A DNA stretch of 63,239 nt, counting the filler, from Reclinomonas americana ATCC 50394 (lineage: Eukaryota): assembly GCA_048213135.1 (NCBI GenBank). It is 7 parts of 7 records of this genome, joined end to end, with 100 filler letters (N's around TTAATTAATTAA, not from the genome) between each part and the next. Parts side by side here need not be neighbours in the genome. Positions count along the whole stretch, not along the records: positions 1 to 7,389 come from AFZH01017576.1; positions 7,490 to 25,969 come from AFZH01017577.1; 5 more parts are not named here. One strand, given 5' to 3'. A model generated the notes under the pieces. It did not search any database. It saw only the letters and a list, made by a program, of their open reading frames with translations, and had not been told where the DNA came from. Shown piece after piece: positions 1 to 12,637 of this stretch (position 1 is the first letter of the stretch; each line of letters opens with the position of its first letter). A program made the position numbers and the translations under genes.

Positions 1-77
1 GAGAGAGAGCGACATGGCGCGCACTTGGTCATGTCGTGCCTCCCCGCTTGTGCGCTGTCACACACGCGCTCACTCAC

Positions 78-405
78 CAGCACGTCAATGTCGAGGAAGC
101 CGCCACTGGTGACCACATACTGCATTGCCACGCTTTGATTCTGCTCAAGTGAGAGAGAGACGCATATCAACACGTGTTTTGCGCACACACATACACACAT
201 ATGCACGCATGCACAGCTCACCGCCTCGATCTGCAGGCAGCATGCAGTGATGAGTGACAAGCGATAGCGAGTGAGAGTGTGTGAGAGACGCAACATCTTG
301 GAAGAAGCATTCCTCTGAGTGCGCGGCGATCTTGACTGTGATGGCGTGTGCCAGACCCACTGTGCACAGCAGCACAAGCGTCGCCACCAGCAACCCTCGC
401 CTCAT
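78..405 (-). CDS. p24/emp24/gp25L (TMED) cargo receptor, 5' part; exons 405-295, 230-222, 140-78; continues past the window start
   Basis: Spliced product MRRGLLVATLVLLCTVGLAHAITVKIAAHSEECFFQD|IEA|NQSVAMQYVVTSGGFLDIDVL: a signal peptide plus the GOLD-domain motifs EECFF and GGFLDIDV. Confidence 0.9.
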
Positions 406-462
406 TCTCACACACTCCCTGTTTGATGGAAAAACGAAATTGCGCGCGGGAAACACTCAGCA

Positions 463-1600
463 ATGGAAGGCGGAGGGCGACAAGAGACGTATGAGGAGTT
501 TCTTGAGCAGTTTGAGCACGGCGAGCACGTGTCTCGTGCGTATGAGACGCGTCGAGTTGCGTTGGGCTTTGTCGGCTTCCTTCCTCTTGCTTGCTGCTCA
601 TCTTTTTGCTTGTCTGCAGATTGCACAGATCATCAGTGGAGGAGGCGAGTCGAGCAGTGCTGTCGCGTTTGACGATGATGGGCCGCCGGTGATTGAGCGG
701 GTTGTTGCGCGACTGGGCGACTTGGTCTGTGAAGATGCGGTCGATGAGGAGGAGGATGATGTGGAGGTGGCGTACAGGTCGCCGACGAGGTCCACCACTG
801 TGACTGCTGCTGCAGTACCGGCACCGGCATCGGCCTCCGCGGTGAGACCATCAGTGAGGGATCTGGCGGCCGACTTGGGCATTGACGAGGAGGTGCTGCA
901 AGGTAAGCCGGGACTGCACAAGCTCTCGACGCAGCGTTGACTGAGAGGGCGGTCGTTCGTCAGCCATGGCGGATGCCGATGAGGAGGAGCCGCCGACGCC
1001 TGAGGTGGTGCACGCAGAGGTCAGCACGCGAGGTGCGGCATCGGCCAGTGCAGCGGCGGCGCCACCAGTGGCCAAGGCGCCGTTTGTGGTGGACGAGGAC
1101 GGGGAGCCGTGTTCCGACTCGGATGAGGACTCGAGTGCGAGAGGCGAGGCGCCGCCGATTGACTTTTCGACGCTGGCGCCGCCGGGTATGGCCGACTACC
1201 ACTACTCGCCGCAGGATCTGGCCTCGCGGAATCGCGTCAAGCGGCACAGTCTGGGTCAGCCGCTGGTGGGCGCGCCGCCGCGGCCTTCATCTGGTGAGTA
1301 CGAGCGGGAGCAGAAAGAGCATGTGTGCCTTCTGGCTCACTTGCTGTGCAGCGAAACCCGCCGAGGTGGTGGCGGTGGAGGCCTTCCGCATCGACGAGGA
1401 TTTTGATTACGACAACATCAAGCTGACGCCCAAGTTTGTCATTCCCGGAATGGTGCGTGCTGCTCCCCGCTTGTGTCTGTGTGTGCGTTCTCACCGCGGT
1501 GCAGGATTCGGGAAGCGCTTCGGGCTTTGGCGGTGGTGGCGAATCTTCTGGCACGCGCGTCATTGCCGACGATGACGATGATGAAGCTGGTGACGAATGA
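463..1600 (+). CDS. IFTAP/C11orf74-like intraflagellar transport-associated protein (multi-exon)
   Basis: N-terminal QETYEEFLEQFEH and C-terminal AFRIDEDFDYDNIKLTPKF match the two conserved blocks I recall for C11orf74. Exons join in frame through GT-AG introns; TGA at 1598-1600. Confidence 0.7.
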
Positions 1601-1713
1601 GGAATTGAGGGGATGCAGTGGGAGAGCGACGAAGAGGATGCCGCCGCTGCCACAATTGTTGCCGCGATAACAATATAACATTATTTGGTATGTCTACGTG
1701 TGTGTGTGTCTCT

Positions 1714-3634
1714 CTACCAGCGAACAGTGAGGCCCGCCGTGGCCGCCGTCACCTCCATCTTGGCGACGGTGTGATACGTGGTGTGGAACAAGTGCCGTGC
1801 CTCCTCCGACCCCGGTGCACCGGCCACAACCTCGTCGTACAGGCGCAGCGCCGACTCGTTCTCACTGGGCGCACGCACCGGCAACTCGGCGTACATTTCG
1901 TCAAGCCGATCCAGCAGCGCTTTGGGTGTCTCTGGCGCCACGGCACGAATCTGGCCACCCCCATTCAAACAACCTGGTTTGTGGGCCCTGCGTGCGTGAG
2001 CGAGGCAAGAGCGAGAGAGAGAGAGGGAGCAGGACAGGCAACGTACCGCTCGGGCACGCCATGACCTCGACAAAGTGGTACTTGCACTTGCCCTGCTTGA
2101 CCTGGCGCACCAGATTCTGAATGTTGCGGAAGCCGTAGGCCTTGGCAAATCGCAACACCACCTCGCCGCCCACCTGCACCACAGACGGTCAGGTGAAGAT
2201 GACACTCGCCCCGCTCACCCCCCATCTGTCACCGCACCTCTACTGTCGCCTCTGCAAAGTCCCGATTTCGCAGCGTCTTGTACTCGATCGGCCCCGGCGG
2301 CAGCTCCACATTGAAGAGGACGCGCGAGGCATGTCTGCATCGCACCGCCACACATTTCAGCATCATTCCTTCCGCCGCTCACACGAAGGCAACACAACTG
2401 ACCTCAACACCACATCCGACCATCCCCCTGATCCACCACCCTCCACCGTCACCATTTCGGCATCGCCAACGGCAGAGGATGAGCCACCACCACCGCCATC
2501 GACCACCATCGACGGCACTAATGAGTCGACGGGCGCCTCATCGAGCGCCGCGAAATCCAACTCCAGCTTGCTCAGCAACTCGACCAGCTCGCCACTCGAC
2601 AGCACACAGTCTGTCTCCCGCACACCGTCCACCGTCAGCTCCTCGCGCGCAGCCTCCAATTTCTTGTCAAAGCACGGCATCACCGTGACGTGATACACCT
2701 CAGCCGCACTGTGTCCACGAATGAGACAAAGAACGCGATAAAGGGAGAGTGACCACTACCAACCTCACACCACGCTGCCTCGCCAAGAAGCGCTTCACCA
2801 ACGTGCCCATCACCGCCTGTGGCGACTTGGTGGCCGCAATGTACGGCAACACATAATCGCCGTGCGTTTTCTCCGCGTAGCACACCCAGCCGGGGCACGC
2901 CGAGGCCAACATCGGTAACCGCGCTCCGCTCCCACTCGCCGCACGAAAGCGCTCCACAAACTCCTCACAGATCTCCATCAGCGCCACATCTCTGCACAAC
3001 TCAATTTCCTCAGTCTCCTCCTGCATCACTGCCAACACAACTCGGCATGCCATCGGACCTGCTCCACGTGGTGTCCAGCACCACATGCGCGCCCAGTCGA
3101 CGAAAGAGCGCACTCAGACGCGCCTGCGCTTGCCTCTGTGTCACTCCGAAATGCGCGGCCACCGAGGCTCGTGACTGAGGCGAGAGAGAGAACACCACCA
3201 GTGGAGGCGAGGCCTTAAGTGCCGTCAGCACCTCGTCCACACTCTGTGCGCCCACCAGCACCGCCTCTGCAGAGGTGATGCATCCACTGTTGCGGAGGAG
3301 GAGGAGGAAGGGGGTGAGCAGAAGAGTGAGTGTCAGTGAGAGCAGACTCGGACCTGCACGCCAAACAGTCGGTCAAGGTGATCTTGGCGGCTGTCAGCTT
3401 GGTGCGCTCGCCGGCAAGTGTGACCTGAGAGTAGCTCCCATCGGCTTCCACCTCCACCACTGCATCGTCCTTCTGCTCCGACGCAGTGTGAGTGATCGAT
3501 CGAGAGTGGTCTCTGTGTCGCGCGCACACACTTGCCTCACTGCTCTTGTCGACTTTGACGGGCTTGATGCAGGCCTGTGAGGGCGTGATAAAGTCGTCGA
3601 GATCGGCGATGCGAAGACCAGCGGAGAAGCTCAT
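1714..3634 (-). CDS. NAR1: Cytosolic Fe-S cluster assembly factor NAR1/IOP1 (NARFL)
   Basis: [81 protein letters not shown] and a C-terminal Trp. Confidence 0.95.
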
Positions 3635-3716
3635 CTTCGTTGCTCTCGTCGCTGACTTGAAATGAAGGACGAGGATGATCGGAAGGACGACTTCGCACAA
3701 AGGAAGTCACCGACGT

Positions 3717-6700
3717 TCACTTTCTCGGGCCTGGAACTGCTGTGGCCACTGGCGTCGACCTTCTCCGTCCACCGGCGGTGCTGCCGGTGGGGCTGTCGAC
3801 TTCGGTGGCCAGTGCGCCGCGCCACACACTTGGCACGGCCTCGATGCCTTCCACTCGCGACGCTCCCGTGACGCCGGCCACGGCGGCGGAGCGCAGGCGC
3901 TGCTCGGCCAGCTGCACGTGCAACGAGAACGTCTCGAACAGCTGCTCCAGCATGGTGGACTCGAGCTTGGTGCGCAGGTTCATCTGGTTCCACGCCATCG
4001 TCGACATGTCGAGCACCACATGCAAGTCGAGCGACAGCTGCTGATCGGTGGTCAGTCGGTTCTGCACCGGGTAGCCGAGTCGGGTGGCGTAAGCCTGCAT
4101 GTCGTTGGCGAGCTTCTGGGCCTCGTTATGCAGGCGAGCCAGCGCGTGATCCAGTGTCGGGTACGATCGGCGCAGCAGGCGACACATACGATACACGATG
4201 CGCTGGCGGAAGAGCACAATCTGCTCGAGGAAGCGCTGCGTGGCCGTCCATCGCTGTCCCGATCGAGAGGCTGGCGGTGGCGGAATCCCACCGTCACCAC
4301 TCTCCGCCGTCTGCTGCAAGTGCGCCGGTTTGATTTCCCACAACAGTGCACGCAGTCGCTGCAGTGCTCCCTGCAGCGTGGCTTTTTCACCACCACGCGA
4401 CACGGCTTGCAGTCGCGGTGGAGACGACGGGCTGGCACGCGAGCGCTCTCCCGACGCTGGGTTGTCTGCGACGCATGAGAATGAGCAGCGAGGCCGGAGG
4501 CAACGATGATACCGGGCATACACTCACCTGCCAGTGCCTCCTGCTCTGCTCGCTGACGTGCGACCGCCTCGCGCATCAGCATGGCAAACGGTGTGGGAGT
4601 GACCATGTCGGCAAAGCGCTCTTCACCGGGCTGTATGTGGTTTGCGAGTGAGTTTGATCGGTTTCCTTTGGTGACAGTGTGCATCGCACTCACCGCATCC
4701 AGCGATCCCGTGCCGACCAGGAATCCTTCCCACGAGTGTGCAAAATCTGTCGGCACACCCACAGCCGGCTGGAAGTAATCCGGACCCATCAGATACCGCC
4801 GAAGATCATCAGATGCAGTCCATATTCTGTGCACGCGATTGGTGAGTATGCTCGAGACTCTTTTCCTTCTAGATCTCACCTGTTGGTGACATCCTGCACG
4901 AGTTTCATGACATACGGGATACCGTCGGCCAAGCGCGCCACATCCATGGCCTGCATCACTTTGCGCATCATGTCGTCGTCGGACTCGGTGAGCGTGCGTC
5001 CCAGCCGACGGGCTGTCTGATGAGCCTCCACCGCAAACATGACTTGCCCTTCGTCGATCTCACCGCGCTCCGTAATCTGTAATCCAGAATCAGTGACACA
5101 ACGCGCACAATCGATCATTATCACAATGCAAGCGCACCACTCGGTCCAGCAAGTCGTGAATCTCCTTGTCGCGTTTCCTGTGCGTGCACACCACGGCAGT
5201 GAGTGACAGTTATGAGTTGATAACTCAACTTGTGTCATGACTGTACCATTCATCGGGAATCATCATCGGCGTGGGTCCGCGTGCACTCTGCGGTGCCGAC
5301 GGAGGCGCAGAGGTGTTGGTGGACATGGCCGCGAGAGTGGCAGCCATGGTGCGCGGGGTACACAGTGGGTCCATGGCGAAGCCAGGAAGCAAGCCGAGAG
5401 TGCGCGGAGTGTCGAGGGTGAACGAGCGTGGAGTCATTTGTGGTGACGGCATCCAAGCGAGTCCCGGTTGCGCACCGTCTGCGATCGGAGAATGGCAGTG
5501 AGCATATTGGTTTCGGTGTCTGTCAGACACACAAAGTCTCCCCCTACCAGTGATGCGAGTCTGCATGTGGGGGACCTGGTGCGCGTGGCGTGAGTCATTC
5601 ACCACACAGGTGGAATTGCGCGCTGACGAGCTCACCGTCAACGACTCGCCCATCATGTGCTTGAAGGTGTCGATCTCGGTCTCTTGGAATGCAGTCATGC
5701 GTGTCAGCTCCATCACGCGTCCCACCAGCGTGTGAACACCCTCCTGCCAACATGCAATGAGTGGAATGTGCGAAGCGGTCAGGTGATTTTGCTTTCAAAT
5801 ATCTCACCGGTGTGATCTTGGCAAAGAGTGACGGCGCAGGTCCACCGTAGAACACGCGACACCGCGAGGCACACATGCACGACACTCCGGAGCGATTGCC
5901 GAACAACTGGAACGCCATCTCAGTCGGCTCCATCAACTGTGGAAGAAAAGTCAGCGAGCATGTCGCAGTGTCGACCGTGGCAGGATACACACCGATGGAT
6001 TCCATCGCACGATGCACGACCGGTCGTCGGCACTGGTGATGCTCTCGGGTTCCAACGCATTTGAGACCGCACTCTGGCTCACGAGGAACGCGCGGATCGC
6101 GCCCTGGTGCGGCTCGCCGGCTTTCTTCTCCATCAACTCTAGCGTCTGTGCGCACACGTGTTACTACTGCGTGGCTTCATACGCAGTTCGCCTCAGTCAA
6201 GTTCGCGCTTACCTCTGTGGACCACACAAGAATCTCGCCACGCTCTCCACCCGACCACACCACCGATTGAGGCTCGGCAGCCGCCACACCAAAGTACGAC
6301 GTCTGTGCCAGCGCAAAAATGCTGCCAGAGTGGCCGGCCAGACTCTGCAGCACCTCGCCGGTCTGCACCATCGAGTTGTGAGGGATAGAGACAACACAGT
6401 GATGTGCTTAATCAACGGTGATACTCACCTCGGCCGACAAGACATGCAGTGTGCCGTCGGCAGCACCACACCACAACGACTTGTCACACATGAGCATGCA
6501 GCGCACGGGACTGACAAAGCCGTGCGCAATCCATGTCTCCGCACTTGCCTGCTTCGAAGGTGAGCACACCATTCGTCACCTCCTTCCACTTGTGCCGCCA
6601 CCCACGCAACTCCTCCTGCTCTCATCCACTTGCGCACAGTGCCATCATCGCCGCACGAGTACACGGCATCATCGTCCTCGGCAAACGCATTCACCACTGC

Positions 6701-7374
6701 ACCGTGCGCTCCACGTCGACCACTCGAAGCAATGCAGGGGTCAAACACATTCTGCGCAACATGTCAGCGAGGCCCTGCTCGTCACGACCCGTGCGTCCGC
6801 GCCGTACCTCTTTCGGGTGCGCAATGACGGCGCCGTTGCGAATGCCCAGCCATACCACATCCTCGGTCACTCGCGACGACACAAACAGGACCGAGATGGT
6901 GAATCGCGGTGGCGTGGTCCCATCCGTCACGCACACATCACGACCCTGATCAGCGCATGAGCTCACTCACTCACACGCTCTCTCTTCCCTCCACACGGCG
7001 CTAACCTTCTCCAGCAACCCATCTGCACGCTCCAGCAGCGTCCGCACACACCCGTCATCGCCCAACACCCACACTGTGCCGCCACCCAGTGAACTCGCCC
7101 GAGTGTCTTGCGTTCCACTCGGCTGCGGATCGTCGCTCAGCGCCGTCGGATCGGAGGGCACCAGTGGCACTGAACCCCCGCGCTGTTGCGGCTCGTAGAA
7201 CACCGAGCGGATACCCTGCTGCACGTGTGAGGAGTGGAATCGCTGGCTTTTGGTGGGGTGTGCGTGGCCACGCACCTTGGGAAAGTCTGCCACAAACGAC
7301 GACAGCCGTCCTTCGCCATCCAGGCGTCCACTGAAACCCGACATGGGAGGCACAGGAGGAACCAGACACTTCAC
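3717..7374 (-). CDS. Large multi-exon hypothetical protein with N-terminal WD40-like repeats and a helical C-terminus; 5' end uncertain near the contig edge
   Basis: HGAVVNAFAEDDDAVYSCGDDGTVRKW and LAGHSGSIFALA...VWSGGERGEILVW are WD40-like. Successive minus-strand exons are bounded by GT/AG. Confidence 0.6.
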
Positions 7375-7389
7375 TGTGCGCGCGCCCGT

Positions 7390-7489
7390 NNNNNNNNNNN
7401 NNNNNNNNNNNNNNNNNNNNNNNNNNNNNNNNNTTAATTAATTAANNNNNNNNNNNNNNNNNNNNNNNNNNNNNNNNNNNNNNNNNNNN
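7390..7489. other. Artificial contig linker (N run, TTAATTAATTAA, N run)
   Basis: A six-frame stop linker flanked by Ns. The same structure recurs at 25970-26069, 38435-38534, 41198-41297, 53247-53346 and 61613-61712. Confidence 0.98.
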
Positions 7490-8164
7490 ACACCCAGGTT
7501 CGCACACGTCTGGGACGGTCTGAACAGGCTCGTTCGCTGGCTCTAGGCATGAGCAGACCCTGTGAGCGACATGACCCGCCCTGACCAGACAAGTACCTGT
7601 CTCGACCTACAGTGCAGCTCTGTGCCGGCCTCACAACGTCTACGTCGCGAGTGGATCCAGTTAGGTACCCTCTCCACAGACCTGCAGCTGTCGGGCAAGA
7701 CACACAGACCTGAGTACACCACTTTTAGTCCTGGAAGCACATACCTCGTCAGATCTGACAACGATCGCGCCATGTCTGTACAGCAGCTTCATTACAAGCA
7801 CAAATACTCATTCATTCCGCCTCATCCGAGTCACCCAGCTGCTCTGGTCGATGCCTTCGTGACAACATCACCACCGAAGGAGTGTGCGCCAGCAGCTGCA
7901 ATGGCCAGGGTTCCAGAGGCGGCATTGTGCAGTCGCTCGCCGTGGAAGTGATCCAACAGCGCCTGAACGTCGCAAGGTGGTTCATCGTCACAAGAATTGT
8001 GATCCATCATATCCCGGCGAGGCGGCCCTCGCGCATGAGGTCACTCACTTCCGTCTGGTGCCTCTGCATCCGAAGCACAGCCCGCACACAAAATGAGCAC
8101 ACCGCAAGAGTGAGAGCACAGATGTGAGCGAATGAGTGTGTGTGTGTGTGTCTGCTGCTGCTGC

Positions 8165-8245
8165 TGGTGGTGGTGGTGGTGGTGGTGGTGGTGGTGGTGG
8201 TGGTGGTGGTGGTGGTGGTGGTGGTGGTGGTGGTGGTGGTGGTGG
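8165..8245. repeat. (GGT)n microsatellite
   Basis: Perfect tandem trinucleotide repeat flanked by (GT)n tracts. Confidence 0.95.
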
Positions 8246-8503
8246 CGGGGGTGTGCGTGTGTGTGTGTGTATTACAACACATTGACTGTGCAAGTGCAAC
8301 ACTCACAGGTCCATCGATGTGAGCCTTCAGCTTGGGAGCTTGGTGAACACATGCCAGCGCTTGCCGCAGGCGTAAACATACTAAGTTGTGTGCTTGCAGC
8401 GTAGGAGAGAGAAGAGATGATCGAAGACGGAGATTGACGACGTGTCCTTCTCGTCCCTCCGTCTCACTGAGACTCGACTTCTGCATCCACGCTGCGCGCA
8501 CTC

Positions 8504-8537
<34 letters not shown>

Positions 8538-9149
8538 GTTCACCTGTCTGTTCCTCCCTTCTGCCTCTCTCTGATCGAGTATGGTGAAAGGCTGAAAGGA
8601 ATCACACCTCTCAACAAATGGTGCTGATGAAGGCGATGACGTTTTTCGCAGCAACAACTCAAGAGCGTGTGAAGCGCTGCGACGAGAGACTCGTGCGTCA
8701 GCTGCGGATGCCAACGGAGGGGTGTGCGGAACAGTTGTGTTGGATTTGAATGTCATGCACATTGTGTGGTCGTCGCTGAGTGTCCGCACCAGCGCAGTCT
8801 CTCATGCACTTGCAGTTGCCTTGATCACAAGTTTGCGGTTGTGCACCAAGGTGCAAGATCAGCGCTTTCCTCATTTGCCCTTCGAGTCATCTGTGAGAGA
8901 GGATCGTCGTCATCAGTCTGTGCTGTGCCGCCAACACACACTACCGCGCGCACGGGGCAATCAAGCCCCGCCATTGGAGTCAACAGGAGGCAAGCTCAAC
9001 AGTTCCGATGCGCGCAACTCTGTGAGCCAACTTGTTTGCTTGCTGAAGATTTGAATAGTGGATCCAAGGCGCTGATTACGATGTTTTTCGCTGTGCAGAG
9101 TGCCGTAACAATGCGCCAGCGAAGCGAGGCCAGGGCGCAGTGCCAGAGC

Positions 9150-10600
9150 AGTCGGCTTCGAGCACCGTGCAACTGACTGCGAAACCTACACCCCCCACGA
9201 TTCACGAAATGCGCCGAAAAATCATCTGCATCTTCGTCAACTGCAACAACTACGACCCAATCATCTACACCGGCTCCGGCTGCAAGTCTTGCCGAGGACG
9301 GCGGTGGACTCCGTGGCAAGAGACTGTATGTACCCACGGTCGCGTTGGGAATTATGGCGGTTGACTGTGACAGTGACGAAGACGGCGACAGCGATGACGA
9401 CGGGGCTCCTCCGGTCAAGCGCGCGGGCGGCAACATCAGCGACAACCCGTGCACAACGACAGCAGGCTTCAACAGCTCAAGGCCGATCCCGCCAGCAGCT
9501 GGTGCGCAAGAATTCTGGCTTTGACACCGTCAGCGACTTACTGCCTTTGCCACCAGCGTCAACGTGGCTGACACGCTCGACCATGACGGTAACACACTGG
9601 AGACGATCGGCTTAGGTGGTTCCGACGATACTCCGCAGCCTTGGGGTATGCAGCGTGCATTGCATGGTCTTGTTCTTTGGGAGATGAGGCTGCTGACGAA
9701 GCTACTTACAGCACGGCAACCGCAGCTGGCACGCTCGACGCGACTGAGAAGCTGGTGCGGTGGTTAGAGTCGCTCGACGTTTTGCATTTATTCTGCAGCT
9801 TACCGCGCTCCTGCCTGACTGCATGCAGTGTCTTGGTCGCAGCTTCCGCAATGCTGTCGCCAGCGCGCTGTCTGTCGGTGACCTCGACCAGCTGTTACCA
9901 GTGCATGTGACATCTTGGAGACGTCAGCATTCGGTCGTTGAGGTCGACGGTGACGGTGATTCGATGCACGAGGCGAACACGGGCGACGGTGGTGGAGACA
10001 ATGTCCATCTTCAACTCCTTCAGCACAAGGCAGGCACTGAGACCATATCGCAGAGCAAAATCGCCAATCCGCAGTGGACGGTGACGGCTCTTGCTCATGT
10101 GCGTCGACCTGTTTGTCGCCGTGTGTGTTGAAAATGCTAATTTCTTGTGAGCAACACAGGTACTCAAGGTTATCCGCGCGGTACGTCGTCTGCAGTTTGA
10201 ACTTGAACACATGTCTGGTGCACTGACAAGATTTGCTTCGCACACAAGGCCTTACTCGACGCCGATCTACGTGACCACCTATCTTCGCAGCGAGCTGAGG
10301 TTTAGCACTGTGAATACTGAACACTTGAGTAAAGGGTACGCTATTGTATGGAAGGGGAAGGATGGTACTGGTCTGACGAGTCGCGCGTACAGACAGGAAC
10401 AGATCTGCAGAATTCATTCTAGACCTGGGAAACGTCGAGCGCAGCGCTATGGCGACCTGCACATAGATCAGTTTCGACTTGTTCAGAGCTTGCCACGTCC
10501 TCTGTCGAGCGCTGTGACACGTCTGTCTTAGTTCTGTGGTTCCAGACGTGCACATATGGTATGCGACGGTCTAACGATATGGACAGATCGCTATAAATGC
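9150..10600 (+). pseudogene. Decayed coding-like segment, possibly a DNA transposon remnant
   Basis: Short broken plus-strand ORFs (Cys-rich CIFVNCNNY, an acidic linker, LFCSLPRSCL, GYAIVWKGKDG) that I could not join with splice signals. Composition differs from the neighbouring genes. Confidence 0.3.
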
Positions 10601-10748
10601 TTGCAAGATCTGTTCAGGGCTGGAACGACTCATTGCATGCGAGGGAGGCTTCATCTGGGACAGACATGGACAGACACCACCCGGACACCCAACGGTATGG
10701 CAAGGTCTGTATAGATTGTGCGAACCTGGGTGTGTACTCGATACAAGA

Positions 10749-11194
10749 ATGCGCGGGAGCATCGCCTTGGTCGTGCTGCTTCTCTGCCTGTCTCCATGTG
10801 CACTCTCGCTATCCTACAAAGCCAGCGAATTCGACGAGGCCATGCGCTTCCTGCACGAGAACATGCCTCCGCGCGATGTGGGACAGCTGTCGCGTGAGTT
10901 CCTTGAGGAGAACGTGCACTTGGCGTTGGAGGTGCGCTGAGGTGGCCAGCACATGTAGAGGGCAACAGAGAGTCACTCTTGAGTGTGTATTTCGCAGGCG
11001 CGGCATGCACACGAATGGGCGATGAATGTTCCGTGGGATGAGTTCCTCAATCATGTGTTGCCCTATGCCAACCTTGATGTTGCGTGTTGCGTGCTGTGGT
11101 GAGCTTGCACCTGTTCTCTTGTGCTCACTTTGTCTCACAGGAGAATCGCGATCGATGGCGCCCGGTTATGCACGATAAGACTGTGAGCTTGTTG

Positions 11195-11229
<35 letters not shown>

Positions 11230-12482
11230 GTCTGTCGTGCGTGCTTGTCACTGAGCAGTGTGGAGCATGCAGGCTGCTGTGGTGGCCTCGGCAGCGAGTG
11301 TCTCCGAAGCCGCTCTGCTGCTCAATGAGCACATCTGGAGCATCTGGAACATTACGTTCTTGGCCGACCAGACACCGAAGATCTTGAGCCCGTTCCAAGG
11401 TCTCTCACACTTCCTCCGCCACCCTATTGCGCCTCACAGCACTGACTTTGATAATGACACAGTGTTGGCGGCTCATGTGGGATCGTGCACTGGTGAGCTA
11501 CAATGTCACGGATGTTCAGTGTCTCTTCTTGCTCTTTCTTTCCTCTTTTTCCCCCTCCTCCTCATTCTCCACTTCCTGCTCCTCCTTCTTACCTTCTTAC
11601 CTTCTTACTTTCTTCTTTCTTATTGTTGTTGGTGTTGTTCTTCTTTCATCATCTTCTTGTTCTTGATCTTCTTCTGCTTCTTCTTCTTCTTCTTCTTCTC
11701 CTCCTCCTCCTCCTGCTCCTCCTCCTCCTCCTCCTTCGTCTCCTTCTTCTCCTTCTTCTTCTTCTTCTCCTTGTCTCCTCCTCTTCCTTTTCTCCTTCTC
11801 CTTCTTCTCCTTCTCTCCATTCTTCTTCCTCTTCCCTCTCTTCATTCTTCTGTGCATCGCTCGTAGGCCTGTCGATCTTCCTCGTCGATGCGTGCCGATC
11901 AGTGGGCATCCCCGCCCGCGTGACCGGCACGCCACACTGGAACCGCGGTGATCCGACCTGCAAGACCGATCCCGACTCGTGCGGTAACCACGACTGGGTG
12001 GAGGTGCGGTTGGACGACGGATCGTGGTCGTTCACCGGCGCTGCCGAGTACAACGGGAAGGTGCGTTTGCGTGCGACCTCTTAATAAAAGATGTGCTGCC
12101 TGCTCACCCGCGTTGTGTGTGTCGTCTTCCGCAGTGGAACAGCACGTGGTTCTACCCGCAACCGGCGCAGTTGCAGGTGCCTATTGGACGCCATCTCTGT
12201 CACTCCTCTCGTTTCCTTGCACACTCATGCGACTCACAGATTCCCAACTCGCGCAACCACTCCATCTGGGTGAGTGCAATCAGCAGCAACTCATAGCCTC
12301 TTCCTCTTCCTCCTTCCTCCTTTTCCTCAATTCCACGACAGGCGACCTCGTTCAAATCAACCGGCGAGTCCTTCCCCATGGAATGGGACTGGGATTCGAC
12401 CTATGTGCCGGCCACCGACGTCACGCTCAACTACCTGCCAAAGAAGAGTGCAGATACGGTGCTCTTTACCAACGAAGATTGA
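10749..12482 (+). CDS. Secreted transglutaminase-like domain protein of bacterial type (multi-exon)
   Basis: Signal peptide; FLHENMPPRD; VPWDEFLNHVLPYANLD|ENRDRWR; catalytic GSCT|GLSIFLVDACRSVGIPARVTGTPHW and GNHDWVEV. Confidence 0.88.
11525..11850. repeat. Intronic (CTT)/(CTC) polypyrimidine low-complexity tract
   Basis: Lies within intron 11493-11866 of the transglutaminase-like gene. Confidence 0.9.
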
Positions 12483-12637
12483 AATCGGCATCACTGGTTT
12501 CCGTGCGAGTCGTGTGGAGGATGGCCCGAAGTGGGGGGTGGAAGGCAAGGAGAGGATGCGACAAAATATAATAGCAGTGCGTCCCACACCTCACCGTGGC
12601 GGCGGCAGCAGCGGTTGTGCTGGCCTGCTCTCGTGAG

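Noticed and set aside
1714..3634. [FeFe]-hydrogenase-like motifs suggesting anaerobic metabolism
   Set aside because: The N-terminus and C-terminal Trp identify the universal NAR1 protein, not a hydrogenase.
8007..8789. Poly-T/P/W/V ORFs and similar poly-L/E/R ORFs at 11500-11900, 52200-52300 and 53000-53600
   Set aside because: Translations of microsatellites in introns or intergenic DNA.
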